From Eledone cirrhosa (lineage: Eukaryota), in assembly GCA_964016885.1 (NCBI GenBank), contig OZ024750.1, forward strand, positions 22,568,001 to 22,632,000: 64,000 nt of DNA, given 5' to 3'. The notes below the pieces were generated by a model. It was not told where the DNA came from. It worked only from the letters and a program-made list of their open reading frames with translations, and ran no database searches. Position numbers and translations under genes: made by a program. Below, piece after piece: positions 14,339 to 29,367 of the stretch (its first letter is position 1; each line of letters starts with the position of its first letter).

Positions 14339-14452
14339 ACGACTGAGAGAAAGGAATACTCAATATCGAAGTAGAGTTTTAATATTCATTTATATTAAGG
14401 CTAAACGTGCGTCTTGTTACTCTGGAGATTTTAGCCTTAATATAAATGAATA
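14070..14452. repeat. Two small fold-back elements with one-sided tails between microsatellites
   Basis: Arms about 14102-14152 and 14200-14250; arms 14383-14405 and 14430-14452. Confidence 0.6.
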
Positions 14453-14498
14453 CATATATACACATACACACACAAATGCATATGTGTTTGTTTTAAGC

Positions 14499-14535
<37 letters not shown>

Positions 14536-14612
14536 TAAATATGTGTTTGTTTTAAGTGTATATATATGTATATATATATATACACACACAAATAAATCTG
14601 TTTGTTTTAAGC

Positions 14613-14645
<33 letters not shown>

Positions 14646-14773
14646 TAAATATGTGTTTGTTTTAAGTGTATATATATGTATATATATATATACACACACA
14701 AATAAATCTGTTTGTTTTAAGCATATATATATATATATATATACACACACAAATACATATATGTTTGTTTTTA

Positions 14774-14800
<27 letters not shown>

Positions 14801-14808
<8 letters not shown>

Positions 14809-14931
14809 ATACTTTGGGAGGGTCATGTTGCCAATAAGAAACACACGCAACATGACCCTCCCAAAGTATAACAATATCGGTTTCAACACACGATTTCAGA
14901 TAAAGAATCTTGCTAAACAAATTCAGAAACG

Positions 14932-14935
<4 letters not shown>
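14801..14935. mobile_element. Short fold-back copy of the 5201-5707 family
   Basis: Arms 14801-14831 and 14847-14877 plus the same tail, flanked by (TA)n. Confidence 0.7.
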
Positions 14936-14974
<39 letters not shown>

Positions 14975-14997
14975 ATGTGTGTGTGTTTGTATAACAT

Positions 14998-15067
<70 letters not shown>

Positions 15068-15365
15068 ATTTGTGTGTGTTTGTATAACATATTTACAGAT
15101 CCGACGTAAAGAAATATATAAGAACAGAGAAATCCAAATAAAGTAGGCTGATGGGGTGGGTGGGAAAAGAAAACAAAGAGACCATGTTATATGTAGTCTG
15201 GTCACGGTAATGTTGTGGGACGAAATATTACACTCCTTCAAACTTAAAAGAAATAACATCATAAAATTTCACAAAAAAAAATCCAATAAAATAGTAGTAA
15301 AACTGAAAATATCTGGTGTTGTTTGCACTCGTAATCTCACAATACATTGAAGGATGTGTCTACAG

Positions 15366-15528
15366 CAGGGCCGTCTTATCAGCCTTGTAGGCCCCCGGAA
15401 AAGCAGAGCACTGGCGCCCCTACCTACACAACCACTCACAGGAATAAAAATACAAATGGGCCCCCTATCCTCGTGGGGCCTCCGGGCAACTGCCCAGCGT
15501 GCCCATGCGTTAAGACGGCCCAGCCCAG
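15366..15528. mobile_element. hAT-type MITE with perfect 8-bp TSD
   Basis: TIR CAGGGCCGTCTTA / TAAGACGGCCC; TSD GTCTACAG at 15358-15365 and 15529-15536. Confidence 0.85.
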
Positions 15529-15579
15529 GTCTACAGTCGAACAACAAAAGCAAAATATATATATTTTTTTTTGTATAAA

Positions 15580-16310
15580 GTCTGGAGGAAGTGTGAGAAA
15601 TCTGGAGGAAGTGTGAAGAATCTGGAGGAAGTGTGTGGAGTCTGGAGGAAGTGTGTGGAGTCTGGAGGAAGTGTGAGGAATCTGGAGGAAGTGTGTGGAG
15701 TCTGGAGGAAGTGTGAGGAATCTGGAGGAAGTGTGAAGAATCTGGAGGAAGTGTGAGGAATCTGGAGGAAGTGTGAAGAATCTGGAGGAAGTGTGAGGAA
15801 TCTGGAGGAAGAAGTGTGAGGGATCTGGAGGAAGTGTGAAGAATCTGGAGGAAGTGTGAGGAATCTGGAGGAAGTGTGAGGAGTCTGGAGGAAGAAGTGT
15901 GAGGGATCTGGAGGAAGTGTGAAGAATCTGGAGGAAGTGTGAGGAATCTGGAGGAAGTGTGAAGAATCTGGAGGAAGTGTGTGGAGTCTGGAGGAAGAAG
16001 TGTGAGGGATCTGGAGGAAGTGTGAGGAATCTGGAGGAAGTGTGTGGAGTCTGGAGGAAGTGTGAGGGATCTGGAGGAAGTGTGAGGAATCTGGAGGAAG
16101 TGTGTGGAGTCTGGAGGAAGAAGTGTGAGGGATCTGGAGGAAGTGTGAGGAATCTGGAGGAAGTGTGAAGATTCTGGAGGAGCCGTGTGGAATCTGGAGG
16201 AAGTGTGGAGTCTGGAGGAAGTGTGTGGAGTCTGGAGGAACCGTGTGGAGTCTGGAGGAAGTGTAAGGAATCTGGAGCCGTGTGGAGTCTGGAGGATCTG
16301 TGTGAAGTAC
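15580..16310. repeat. About 20-bp purine-rich minisatellite
   Basis: Unit TCTGGAGGAAGTGTG(A/T)GGA(A/G) with 23-bp variants, roughly 35 copies. Accounts for the 302-aa ORF. Confidence 0.9.
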
Positions 16311-17419
16311 GAAGGGGCTGACTGGAATCTGAAGGTGCTGTCAAGAGTTAAACAACCACACCTGAGTATTTAACACCTTCGGCCTGCTCTATAATGTACG
16401 CCCCATTCTCCCAGTTATGCGCCCCAGTTTGGCAAGCTGACGAACCTAGTTTTTGAAATTTATTGCTGTGGCAACACTAAGACAATTATCAAGCCTGCAT
16501 TTTTCACTGCACAGTTCACACTCAAGCAAATCATGTGCCAAATCATTCTTTACTGGTTTGAATATTTCCACAACGACGTTAAGTGATTAATTTATTGATC
16601 GCAGGAAATTATTGTATATTTAAGTTAATTATACAACATTGTGGCTACCTAGTTAGCCTTAATGAGGCTCTGATCAAAAATATTTTTCCAGTGTGGCTTT
16701 CAATGTTTCCACTAAACTAATACTATCTTCTCACAACCTACGTTAGAATATTTGTTTTTAATAGAGGCACAAGGCCAGGAATTTGGAGAGAAGTATTAGT
16801 CGATTAAATCGGCTCCAGTACATGAGTGGGTCTTTATTTTATCGACCTTTGAAGGTTGAAAGGCATTTGATTCCGACTGGATTTGGACTAAAAACGCAAA
16901 GAACCGGAACAAACTGTTTTGCCAAACGTTACTCTAAACATAATTTAGAATAATGATGTCTAATTTAAGCATAAAGTTAATAATTTGTTTGTTGGGAATA
17001 AGATTATGTATGTGACTGGTTCTTTATTGTATCGGCCTCAGGAGGATGAAAAAAAAAACAAAGTTGACCTCTGCTGGATTTGACTCAGAGACACAAAAAG
17101 CTGGAACAAATACTGACGTTCTAACTATTCTACCAGTTTATCACCATAAACATAAATTGGAATAATGGGTGCTTAAACAAAAGCGAAACGTGCAGCTATG
17201 AAGAATACATATGACAGTTAATCATTAGTATGAGAAAGAGGTCGGCACACAAAAGTTCTGCCCATCGAAACAGCGGTGTAATTACCGCCATAAAAATGAG
17301 TTCCAGACGACATTCAGCTTTCATTGTATATTTATATGCATTTACATATCTGTACACACGATCAACAAGGACACAATCTTCACGTGATACCCAGAGTTAG
17401 CCTGAAGAAAGGCTGATAC

Positions 17420-17885
17420 AAAGCTGGAGATAGGTCTAGGCCGGATGTGAAATGTAGCCTTTCTACCAAGTTGATGATCGGACTAGACCAGGCGTGAAAT
17501 ATACTCCCCTCACCCTCACCAAGTTGGTAATAGGACCAAACCAAATATGCAATCTACCCCACCCTCACCACCACATCCACCACCACCAAGTTGGTAGTAG
17601 GCCAACACTAGATGTAAAATAAAGCCACCCCGAATAAACCTAACAATAACTACAAGCGAGATATGTTATGTAGGTCTACAAAGCTAGCAATAGGCCCAGG
17701 CTAAATTTCAAATGTAAGCCCTCAAAGCTGGTAATAGACCTTGGGCAGATGTGGATTCTAGGCTCCCATAGCTAGTAATAAGGTCTAAGCCTGGTGTGAA
17801 ATGAAGTTGGTAATAGGGCCCAGACCAAATGTGAAATGTAACACCACCACTACTAGTAATAAGCTCTGGCCAGATGTGAAATATC
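17420..17885 (+). repeat. Diverged tandem array (about 36-bp core); the same family is inverted at 34308-34435
   Basis: Core AAGCTGGTAATAGGCCCAGACCAGATGTGAAATGTA with variable linkers. Confidence 0.65.
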
Positions 17886-18224
17886 CCCTTCCTCCAACAA
17901 TTCAACAGCTTCAATGGCAATATATATAAAACCCAGTTGGAGGGTGGGGTAGTGTGAGAAAGGGGAAGGGAGAGAGGGGGGGGGAAGATTGGAAAAAAGA
18001 GAGATGAGGAAGGGAGAGAGAGAGAGGGGGAAGAGAGACAGAGAAAGAGAAGGAAGGAGGAAGAGACGGGGGAATAGAGGAAGTGAAGAAGGAAGAGATA
18101 GAGAGAGGGAGTTCGGTAGGTAGAAATGGAGAGAGAGATACAAAGAAAGGGAGATTGAAGGAGAAAGAGAGAGGAAGAGCAACAGAACGAGAGAAAGGGG
18201 AAGAAAGAAAGAGAGAGAGAGAGA

Positions 18225-18300
<76 letters not shown>

Positions 18301-18803
18301 AAGAGAGAGCGAGGAAGGAATATTTAGAATGCAGGTCCTGGGAACCTAACACTTAAAATATATCTTATGTCGTTTCATTTAATGATGATATCGTTGGCCT
18401 GGAAACGTCTTGTTTTTCTTGTTTATATTTTTGTGTTTTGTTTTAGTTTATTCTTCTTACACTTTTACTGCTTTCAGTCATTAGACTGCGGCCATGCTGG
18501 GGCACCACCCTAAGCATGCTGGAGCACCGCCTTTATATATATATATATATAAGATATATATATATACATATGTGTGTACGTAAGCATGTATGTATGTATG
18601 TATGTATGTATATATATATACATACACACACACACACATGTGTGTACGTACGCATGTATGTATGTATGTATATATTTATCTAGATATTTTATTTGTTTTA
18701 TTTATTTAATTATTTCAGCTCTGTCGTTCACATCTCATTCGTTTTATTCAGCCACACCCAATAAGACGCACACGCGTATATGCATTCAGATACAGGCACA
18801 CGC

Positions 18804-18869
<66 letters not shown>

Positions 18870-19015
18870 CACGCATGATCACAGATATAGCTACACACAC
18901 ACACATACACACACATACACTCCTGCTGCTTCTACTATGCCGTTCACGTAGAACTGTAGAACTGTATATATATGCCATACATCACGTACTCAGATTCAAA
19001 TACACGCTCGCGTGC

Positions 19016-19060
<45 letters not shown>

Positions 19061-19217
19061 TACAGATATTCTGTGATCATCGAAAAGGTAAAGGACGGTG
19101 GATCGATTGGCAGTAATCGGTAGAGCGTCAGACATCATACTTTGCGGCATATAATTACTGCCCTTATGTTCTGAGTTCAAATCCTGCCGAGGTTAGCTTT
19201 GCCTTTCATCCTTACGG

Positions 19218-19618
19218 TATCGATAAAATAAAGTATCAGTAATGCACTGGGGTCGATAAAATAAAGTATCAGTAATGCATTGGGGTCGATAAAATAAAGT
19301 ATCAGTAATGCACTGGGGTCGATAAAATAAAGTATCAGTAATGCACTGGGGTCGATAAAATAAAGTATCAGTAATGCACTGGGGTCGATAAAATAAAGTA
19401 TCAGTAATGCACTGGGGTCGATAAAATAAAGTATCAGTAATGCATTGGGGTCGATAAAATAAAGTATCAGTAATGCACTGAGGTCGATAAAATAAAGTAT
19501 CAGTAATGCATTGGGGTCGATAAAATAAAGTATCAGTAATGCATTGGGGTCGATAAAATAAAGTATCAGTAATGCATTGGGGTCGATAAAATAAAGTATC
19601 AGTAATGCATTGGGGTCC
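19218..19618 (+). repeat. 33-bp minisatellite (about 12 copies) within a SINE body (SINE about 19096-19680)
   Basis: Unit GGGGTCGATAAAATAAAGTATCAGTAATGCA(C/T)T. Confidence 0.9.
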
Positions 19619-19949
19619 ATTTGATCTATTTTCCCCTTCCCTTCGAATTACTGGTCTTGTGCCAAAAGTAGAAACGATTATTATCGAAAATGTTTCGTAC
19701 CAAAGTGATTACAATAAACGGCTTTCTCTGTATATTTAGAATCAGCAACGTGACAGAGCAGACAAAATGACTTGCAGTGTTTATTTTGTGTCTCCTTGTG
19801 CTCTGAAATGATATCCCCGTCGGGGTCGATTTTGTTGTTTATCCCAGCTCCGTGTCGATAGCTTACATTTCAGTCAAGTACCTGGAATTGTTAAATCGAC
19901 ACACCCCGCCACAAAATTCGTTCTAAAGTTTTTCTTAAGTATTTCTGTA

Positions 19950-19980
<31 letters not shown>

Positions 19981-22356
19981 GGTGGGATGCGGTTTAAAGA
20001 AAATAGTTTTACACCCGCTAAATGGCTTGGAAAAACCAATCCAAGATGGCTTCCTGTACAACTAGCAAAGGAGTTGTAGCAGTGAGAGGAGGAAGAGAGC
20101 CGTGGTAGGAGATCAACTATTACAGGGCCTGTGTGGAGGTGAAGAAAACGACACCAACAGTATTGGTGGTAATTGCTGTTGTCGTTGCAGTAGCTGCAGC
20201 AAATGTAATAACAGTCATATTATCGATAGCAGCAATAACTGCAGCATTAACAGTAACAACAACAACTAGGACAACAGTATCAATTACTAATACAACTTTT
20301 GATATCAAATGCCACAACAGTGAATCGCTGTAAAGAGTGCAAAGTTGTCAGGGGAGGTAACCGCAATAGCAACTGTAGTGGGTGCTACGACAGCAGCACC
20401 AACAGCAGTAAGAGCAGCTCCAATGGTATATCTTGAACCTCCGCCAGGTCCGACGACGAGTCATCTAGTTTTTTTAAACTACGGAACAACCTGCTGGTGA
20501 AATTAACCAGCAAGTGGCTGAGCATTCTAAAGAGACGTGTACATATAAGGCAATTCTCAGCGGGTGGTGGAATCATTTTCACCTGTACAGACTGAGTTAT
20601 TGGTATGAAGTGGGGATGGTAGTGGCTGGAGGTATCACTTCCAGCTGTCCACAGGTGTTGTTAGTACGAAGGCGGTGGCTATGACGCTGGTGGTGTTAGC
20701 GGTAATGATGATGGTAGCGATGGTGGTGGAGAGGGAATAATTTCCGCCAGTTTAGATTATGTTCTTGTTATGAAGTGGGCCATCGATTTTATGTTCGTCA
20801 AAAACAAAAGAAATGAAAGCTAAAACAAAACTAAACACCTCCGAAAATATGTTCGAAGTGTTTTGAAGCCGTGAACTATATTTTCTATTTCTCTTTATGT
20901 TAATTTAATGTTTAACTGTAAACAGACAGTAACCGGCTGTAACCGGCTGTAACCGGTTGGTTTTCAATGGAATAATTGGTGTAATGATGTGAGCATGGGT
21001 TGGAGGATATTCAATTGAGTGGCTTCCTGTTTCTCCCTTGAAAGACCCCACATTAGAGTGCAGTCTAACGAAGCATGTATTCGTTCTGATTCTATACACT
21101 CTGGGATCAGATCCTACCGAGGTCACCTTTGCTGTCATTCTTTCGGGGGTTGTTAAAAAGTGTACCAATCTAATAACTGGGGTCGATTATCCTTCTATAT
21201 CTCTTTCTCACCCTCTCTCTCCTCTGACAGAAATCGACTGTGTTCAGACCTAGTAAGGGGGTGGGCTCCGCCAGGTATTAAACAAAAATGCTCAAGACAT
21301 GCTGCATATTACTACGGCACCCCCCTACAACACCATCATGAGTTACGGGCTCATACATATATCCACAGATACCGCAGTATCTATAGTCTATTCTGTGTAA
21401 TAACTGTATGTGAAGGTACATGGCTTTGTGAATCAACTCAAGAGTGTTTATGGAGGTACGGTGTGTCCTTGAACAAGAAACTTTTTTTCACGTTGCTCCA
21501 GTCTACTCAACTGGCAAAAACGAGTTGTACCTGTAATTAATGCTGAATCTGCCTGAGAACTACGTTCTTTACTTATCTACCGAGACCTCAGTTGATGTCG
21601 TTGGTTTTCATGGTATCAATTTATTACCTGTGCTTGGTGTTGCTATACGTAATAAGGGAACCTATTTTCCCCTTATACAGACATCAGCAACAAATTATAC
21701 TGCAACCTGAGTTGGTGCAGTATTTTAGATAACACGCTTAACTGTAAAAGGCCAGGTAGTTTTTTGAATGGCTAGGTATTTCAAAGGGGCGTTCTTGTTA
21801 CGTACTGTATCACACTGAATCTCCCTGAGAACTAAGTTAAACATACATGTGTCTGTGGAATGCTGAACCACTTGCATGTTAATTAATTTTATAAGCTGGT
21901 TGTTTCGTTGATCGCATCAACTAAAACACTCATCGTCAGAATCGACGGAGATCCAACAACATTGTATTTTAACGAACACTTTCAATGTGGTTTCCCAGCA
22001 TGATCTGCAATAAAAAGAATAACAGAAACTTATTAATTACACATTCACAAATGGCAGCCTTGCCTGGATTTGGCCAACGAAAGTTAAGTGTTATTTTCAT
22101 TTTTATCGGAGACACAATAGAAAGCGTCATCCAGCTGCGACTCTATCCTAGTTTAGTATATTTAGCCAGCGTTCCTTTGAATCAATTATTATCAATATCA
22201 ATAACTTTAATTTGTCATATCAGTCGCTACTTATTCGTATCTAGGCGTTACCGTTTACATTTCGTTGTTTCCAAAAAAACTTATACCCGCTTCACTACAT
22301 AGTTGTCAACACGGAAGACATATATTATCCATAATTAGACTTGACACAAATCCATC

Positions 22357-22440
<84 letters not shown>

Positions 22441-22445
<5 letters not shown>

Positions 22446-22520
22446 CTTTGCTGTAGCCCGCTAAACACTATATATATATATATATATATAGTGTTTAGCG
22501 GGCTACAGCAAAGCACATAT
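22441..22520. repeat. Palindrome centred on (TA)n
   Basis: TGCTTTGCTGTAGCCCGCTAAACAC-(TA)n-GTGTTTAGCGGGCTACAGCAAAGCA. Confidence 0.7.
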
Positions 22521-23484
22521 GACAGTATGTACTTTAAAATGCCGACAACAAAGTTGTTTGAATGATAACTTGGATATATTTCGGGAGAAAATTCCGCTTG
22601 TCAAGAGATATGTTAAGGAAAGTAAGTAGATAACGTATGCTAAGATAAACTATGTCTGAACAAAATATCTGATTGTCATAACTGAAACATCTTTGAACAT
22701 GATTCTTCTCGAGCAGGGTTTAATAATAATTGTTTCTACTTTTGGCACAAGGCCAGCAATTACTCAGTACATTACTGGTATTTTATTTTATCGACCCCGT
22801 ATGGATGAAATAATAACTGTTTCTACTTTAGGCACAAGGCCAGCAACTACCCAGTGCATTACTGGTACTTTATTTTATCGACCCCGTAAGGATGAAAGGC
22901 AAAGTCAACCTCGACGGGATTTGAACTCAGATCGTAAAGGGACGTAATTATGGATGAAATAATAACATGCGATTCCAACAAACCAAAATATCTTGATTTC
23001 TACTTACTTGGTTTCGTTGAGCCTGGAACAATACTCCTTCCCCCCCCCCCCCCTCTCTCTCTATATATATATATCTACTTATTTATCATATGTTTTGAAA
23101 GCGCTTGACTTCGGGTGGTAAGGTTGAATTCGCTATCGTAAGGTTATGAGTTCAATTCCTGTCGTTGCGCGTCTCCTTGAGCAAGGTAATATCTCGCGTT
23201 CCTCCAATCCACTCAGCTGACAAAAATGAATTGTACTTCTAATTCTGTATTACATACTGTATTACATACTGAATCACTTATATTTGAATATCACAGGCAG
23301 GCTGTTCCGTTAATCAAACAACTTGAGCATTCATCGTTGTTACTGACGAGGCTCCGACACAATCCATGTGCTGTATGATGTGACAGGTGTTTTATTTCGT
23401 ACATCTATTGTCAAATCTACGTCATTAACTGATTTATTCTAGCTTTGGCTAAAGATTTTTTCAAGCCTAGAGTCTTGCTGGATG

Positions 23485-23564
<80 letters not shown>

Positions 23565-24689
23565 ACGTACGTATGTATGTTTGTTTGTATGCATATATGT
23601 GTGCATGTATGCGCGCGTGTGGGGGGGGTATGCATGCGTGTGTATATATGTATGTGTACGTACGTATGTATGTATATATATATATATGTATGTATATAAA
23701 TGCCATTTGTTAGTTTTATACATGATCAGTCTTGCTACCAATGAAACCAAACACTGTGGGTTACATACCGTTGCCTGCCAGTCAATATGGTGTCCTCTTA
23801 CAAACTAAATATCATTTACTTAGCTCAACCTTAACCAACTTTGGTGGAAAAACGGTATTGGTGTTTTGTTTTTGTTTTTTAAAGGAAATTTACAACTTAC
23901 ACATATGCAGAGATTTAGCTCTCCTCCTACTAGGTTGCATCTGTTGAATTTTCTTGGGTGTTTTAATGATTTCGGCCCCAGTCCTATTATACACAAACAC
24001 GTGAGTATGTTACTACAGCTCACAACTATACAGGTTTAGCCGGCCTCCTGCGAAATTGCTTTTCATAACAGGATTCTCGTGTGTTTTAATGATAGGGGCA
24101 CCAGTCTTACCACGAAACGCAACGTCTTGCTCAAAAGCACAACGCGCCGTCCCATCCAGAAATCAAACTGACGACCTTATGATTGTGAGTCTAAACACAC
24201 TAACCACTCGGCCTTGTTCGAAGTTCAAATCTGCTTGATAATTATATACACAAGTATTGTGGTCTATATCAGATAATATTTTACCAGTAATATACTGAGA
24301 AAACACACACACTCACACACACACACGCACGCACGCACGCACGCCGCACACAACACACACACATGGTCTTGTAATAAAAGTGATATAACAGATTTAATTA
24401 CTGCAACATTTTCGCGATCGTATTTCTAATGAAATATACTCTATTTCAATTAATTAATGAAGTATTTTGAGGAATTTACTAAAATTATTAATTATTTCAT
24501 TACTAAAATAATAATTTGACATATGGTTCTCATATAAAATGAAGGCTATGTTGAAAGATATTAAATTAAATAGGAACATTTAGAAATGGGTTATTTTTAA
24601 AGCATAGAATTAGACTCGGTTTTGGATGGCTTAGTATAAGATCCCCACCACTACCAATCTACCTTTCATTAATTTCAATCTCTCTAATA

Positions 24690-25220
24690 GGGCCTCTATG
24701 TCGTCACTGGACCAGCTAGAAATAGTAACGAAAAATTTCCATCGAATCACATTCTACTATCTCAAAATGAAAATAAAAATCGAAGGCTATATTGAATGAT
24801 CTAGTTATAGATACATTATATTTGAAAATAAGTCAGAATGGTCGCGACTGGAATGTCTTTTATCTTAGATCTGCTTGATCATGTCCGACCTCAGGCTGAA
24901 CAACATCACAGCAACAACTGTTTAAAAGCAGCACGGAAGCATCTACAAGGTCACTGGACGTGCCAGAAATAGCAGTCAAATTTCTCCAAAATACTCACTA
25001 CCGTCTTAGAAAAGAAGGGAACTTTGGATAATATTGTAGCTAGGGAAAATAGTGGATGGCCTCGGGTGGAATGTCTTTGATTATAGGTGTGATTTATCAA
25101 GACAGACATAGGAATTAACAACTACAGCAACCACCAAGACATCATTTATGTGGCCACACGGTATGCTAGATACAGAAGCCAAATCTTCCTCAAACAGAAC
25201 GCTTTAGTTCTTTTTTAATC
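24690..25220 (+). mobile_element. Three adjacent diverged copies of a third interspersed repeat family (also 275-480, 13480-13640, 50900-51000 on -)
   Basis: GGTCACTGGAC..GCTAGAAATAGCAG.CAAAT.TC..TC.AA...GGAATGTCTTT.ATC.TAG...GACCT.GGGCT.AACAAC. Confidence 0.6.
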
Positions 25221-25250
25221 AGATCACATCGCATTATGTAATCCCAGATA

Positions 25251-25468
25251 AGGGCGGTGGATTGGCAGTATCGGTAGAGGGTCGGACGCTATGCTTTGCA
25301 GCATAGAGTTACGGCCCTTTATGAACTGAGTTCAAATCCTGCCGAGATTAACTTTGCCTTTCATCCTTTCGGGGTCGATAAGATAAAGTACCAGTAACGC
25401 ACTGGGGTCGATTTAATCGACTTTCCCCTCCCCCAAATTACTGGCCTTGTGCCTATATGAGAAACCAC
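25251..25468 (+). mobile_element. Intact SINE family A copy with 16-bp TSD
   Basis: TSD TATGTAATCCCAGATA at 25235-25250 and 25469-25484. Confidence 0.9.
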
Positions 25469-25825
25469 TATGTAATCCCAGATATATTTAGCTTGAAATA
25501 TATTACATATCAGTTTACATTCAGCCATTTCTAAATTTAATCTTCAGATAATTCTAAATATATTTAGATATTTTTTTATCTTGATAATTTGTACTGAAAA
25601 CAAACTGAGGTTATTCCCCTTAGATTGGGTTGTCTGGAAGTCTATTTGGATACTCTCTCTTTTTCTGTTTTTAAGACGAAGGCATAACTGTGTAATTAAG
25701 GAATTCGATTCAGAACCATGTTATTTCGGTTTTACTCTCACAGCGTGGTCCCTTCGGTAATGTCGTCTGATATAGCCTTTGGTTGATTGAATGTGTCGTG
25801 AGTGAAATTTGGTAGGAAGAAACTA

Positions 25826-26334
<509 letters not shown>

Positions 26335-26518
26335 ATAAGAAACGGAGAATCAGTGCTGCGACGAATAAAATGTATTAGACATATTACAATCGTTTCTCTG
26401 GCGACCAGCTCGAGGCACGATTGATGCAATGATCGAGCCTGACTCTAAAAAAATCTGTAAGAGCATCGAGTGCTCAAATGGTCTACCGCATACGGACGCT
26501 TTAAGCATCCAACACCAA

Positions 26519-26574
<56 letters not shown>

Positions 26575-26897
26575 GTAAAATTCTGTTATAACGAATACCA
26601 TTATAACGAATTTTTCAGTTTAACGAAATTATTTCAATCCCCGGCCACACGCTCGATGTGTTAGGTCGATGTCGTTATAAAGAATTTTTCGTTACAACGA
26701 ATTTTTTGATACCCTGTGAAATCGGACCGAGGAAACGGTGTTTCCGTTGGTCTTTCCAATTGCTAATACTTTCTATCGGTCTCAACTCCAGGTAGAAGGA
26801 GTAGAAGGAGTAATTTGAAATAAAGTGTCTTGCTCAAGCACATAACGCATCGCCCGGTGCAGGAATCGAACTCACAACCTTCCGGTTGTGTGTTGTG

Positions 26898-26949
<52 letters not shown>

Positions 26950-29152
26950 GTGTGTGTGTGCATGTGTGTCGTAACTAAATGCACCAAAATATTTTCGCCA
27001 ACGCTTGACCGATACTGCCAATCCACTGCCCTTAATAATAATTATAACAACAAAACACGCGCACACACACACACACACACATACACACACAGTGAAAAGA
27101 ATAGAAAACGTTTATCGTCTGCTGTCTTTGTTTTTTCGTCAACCAACATTACTACTGTCAGATGATGAGTGTTCCAATTGTTCAATCAATAGAACAGTAT
27201 GTTCCATTGTTACCGTGAAAGTGGCTGAGCATTCGACAGACAGTTTTGTCAGCCGAGTGGACAGGAGCAACGTGAAATAAAATGTCTTGCTCATGTGTGT
27301 GTTTACGTTTGCAGTCTGTTTATGTCTCATAAAATAACAGTCCGTCAAAAATAAATCGATTAAATATGTACCAGATTTGAAAAAAAATAAAAATATAAAT
27401 AAATGCTGATATAAATATGTCTAATATAAATATGTCTAATATAAATATGTCTAATAAATTTTATTCGTCGCACCACTGATTCTCCGTTTCTTATGTGATA
27501 TAACAGACTAAATCCCCTTCTATGTGGTGCCCCAGCATGGCAGCAGGCTTAAAAACAAGTAAAATATATTATAAAGATTAGTTTCATTCTAAATTTAATT
27601 GAGTTACTATTATTGACCGGAAGTGGTTTAGCGGCCATTGCCTTGTTTAAGATCCAATTAAAAGGGTTCTTTGATATAAGGATTGATATCTTCAACAACA
27701 TTATGTCCTCATTTCAATGGTAAAACTCTGTTGAAAGGACGGTTTATCTATCAGGGTCAAGTGTTTGTTCTGTTTAAATATAATTTCTGTACATTCCACA
27801 AATAGAGAAATGTGTGGGAGGTTCGCCATTGAGATAATAATCTAGTCAAGTACGTGAAAAGTGCATATCGATTAAGACTGACTTGTGACTTAATAACAAC
27901 AACAATAGTAAGTTTCTAACATAGGCACAGGGTTAGAAATTTTGGGGAGGAGGGGGTAAGTGGATTATTATCAACCCCAGTAATGGACTTTATTTTATCG
28001 ACCCTGGAAGGATAAAAGACAAAGTTGACCTCGGCAAGATTTGAAACCAGAACATAGAGAGTCGCAACGAAATACCGCAATGCATTTCATCCGACATACT
28101 AATGTTTCTGCTAATCCACCACCTTTAACAATAAAAATAATAATTGTTTCTACTTTTGGCACAAGGCCAGCAATTATCCCAGTGTATTACTGGTACTTTA
28201 TTTTATCGACCCGGTAAGGATGAAAGGCAAAGTTAACCTCGGCGGGATTTGAACTCAGATCATAAGGGCCGTAACTCTATGCTGCAAAGCATAGCGTCCG
28301 ACCCTCAACCGATACTGCCAATCCACCGCCCTAATAACAATAAGACACATCAATATCAACAACAACAACAACAACCACACATAATAATGGTGGTTTCTGA
28401 CTTTGGTACAACGTCAGCAATGTCAAGGGCAGCCTGTGTCAAATAAATCAACTCTAGTAATTTTGACTGGTTCTGTATTTTATTGATTTTGCAAGGAGGA
28501 AATGCAAAGTTGACCTGGGGGTGGGATTTGAACTCGGAGCGCAGACAGTATCCAAGCAAATAAACAGAGGAACTTGTCTGTTTCTGACTCTTTACATGAA
28601 GAGTTCATAGGAAGGGGAATAAGTTATATTTAAGCAATATGGTCGTTCAATGGACTTACGTATAACATTATATAAACAGGAATTTAGTATTGTAAACATA
28701 TTCGCATATATTAATATTTTATTATTTTACTTTTGTTTATGTACTAGCATTCAGATTTTGATAATCCCTAAATAACTTAATTATCTAACTGTACAAAGGT
28801 GAAATGCGGAAGGCTAGTGATTTTTAAAAAATGGATGACGCTAAAATAAAATTAAATTTAAAAAAAACTAAGAAAGAATAAAAGCTCTAGCTAAAGGGAA
28901 GTAACTTATATAGTGTATTGAAAGAGTTTAATGTGATGTGGTATTTTATTTCAGGTTAAGAAGAGGAGAAAAGAAAGAAAAATTATAAATCTTGGCAAAA
29001 GATCTCAAAAAGTGTGTAGTGGATAGATATATACACATACAAACGTATTGGTTATAGGTCTATTTATATATAAATATATATATATGCAAGTAAAATCCAT
29101 ACACATTATATATATATGTGTGTGTGTGTGAGTGAGAGAGAGAGTGTGTGTG

Positions 29153-29183
<31 letters not shown>

Positions 29184-29367
29184 AATAGATAGGTTTATAA
29201 AATCAGCTATGTATATAAAATAATCAATAAGTATTATAATTAGTTGTTAACAGTATTGGTGAAGTAATTAAGTGGTCTCTCATATATCACATGCAACCTA
29301 TTTTACTTCTTACAGCCTGTGGGTTGTGGCCATGCTGGAGTAGTGCCATAAAAACGTAATATCAGAA

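Noticed and set aside
15436-16344. 302-aa ORF
   Set aside because: Translation of a stop-free 20-bp minisatellite plus a MITE.
17420-17885. About 36-bp repeats with variable linkers resembling a repeat-spacer array
   Set aside because: Repeats are highly degenerate and the linkers are short and low-complexity; best read as an old dispersed minisatellite.
20040-20590. Coding-like region starting AAGATGGC
   Set aside because: Stops in all frames, decayed AAC/AGC repeats and a SINE-B fragment at about 20480-20560; no recognisable domain.
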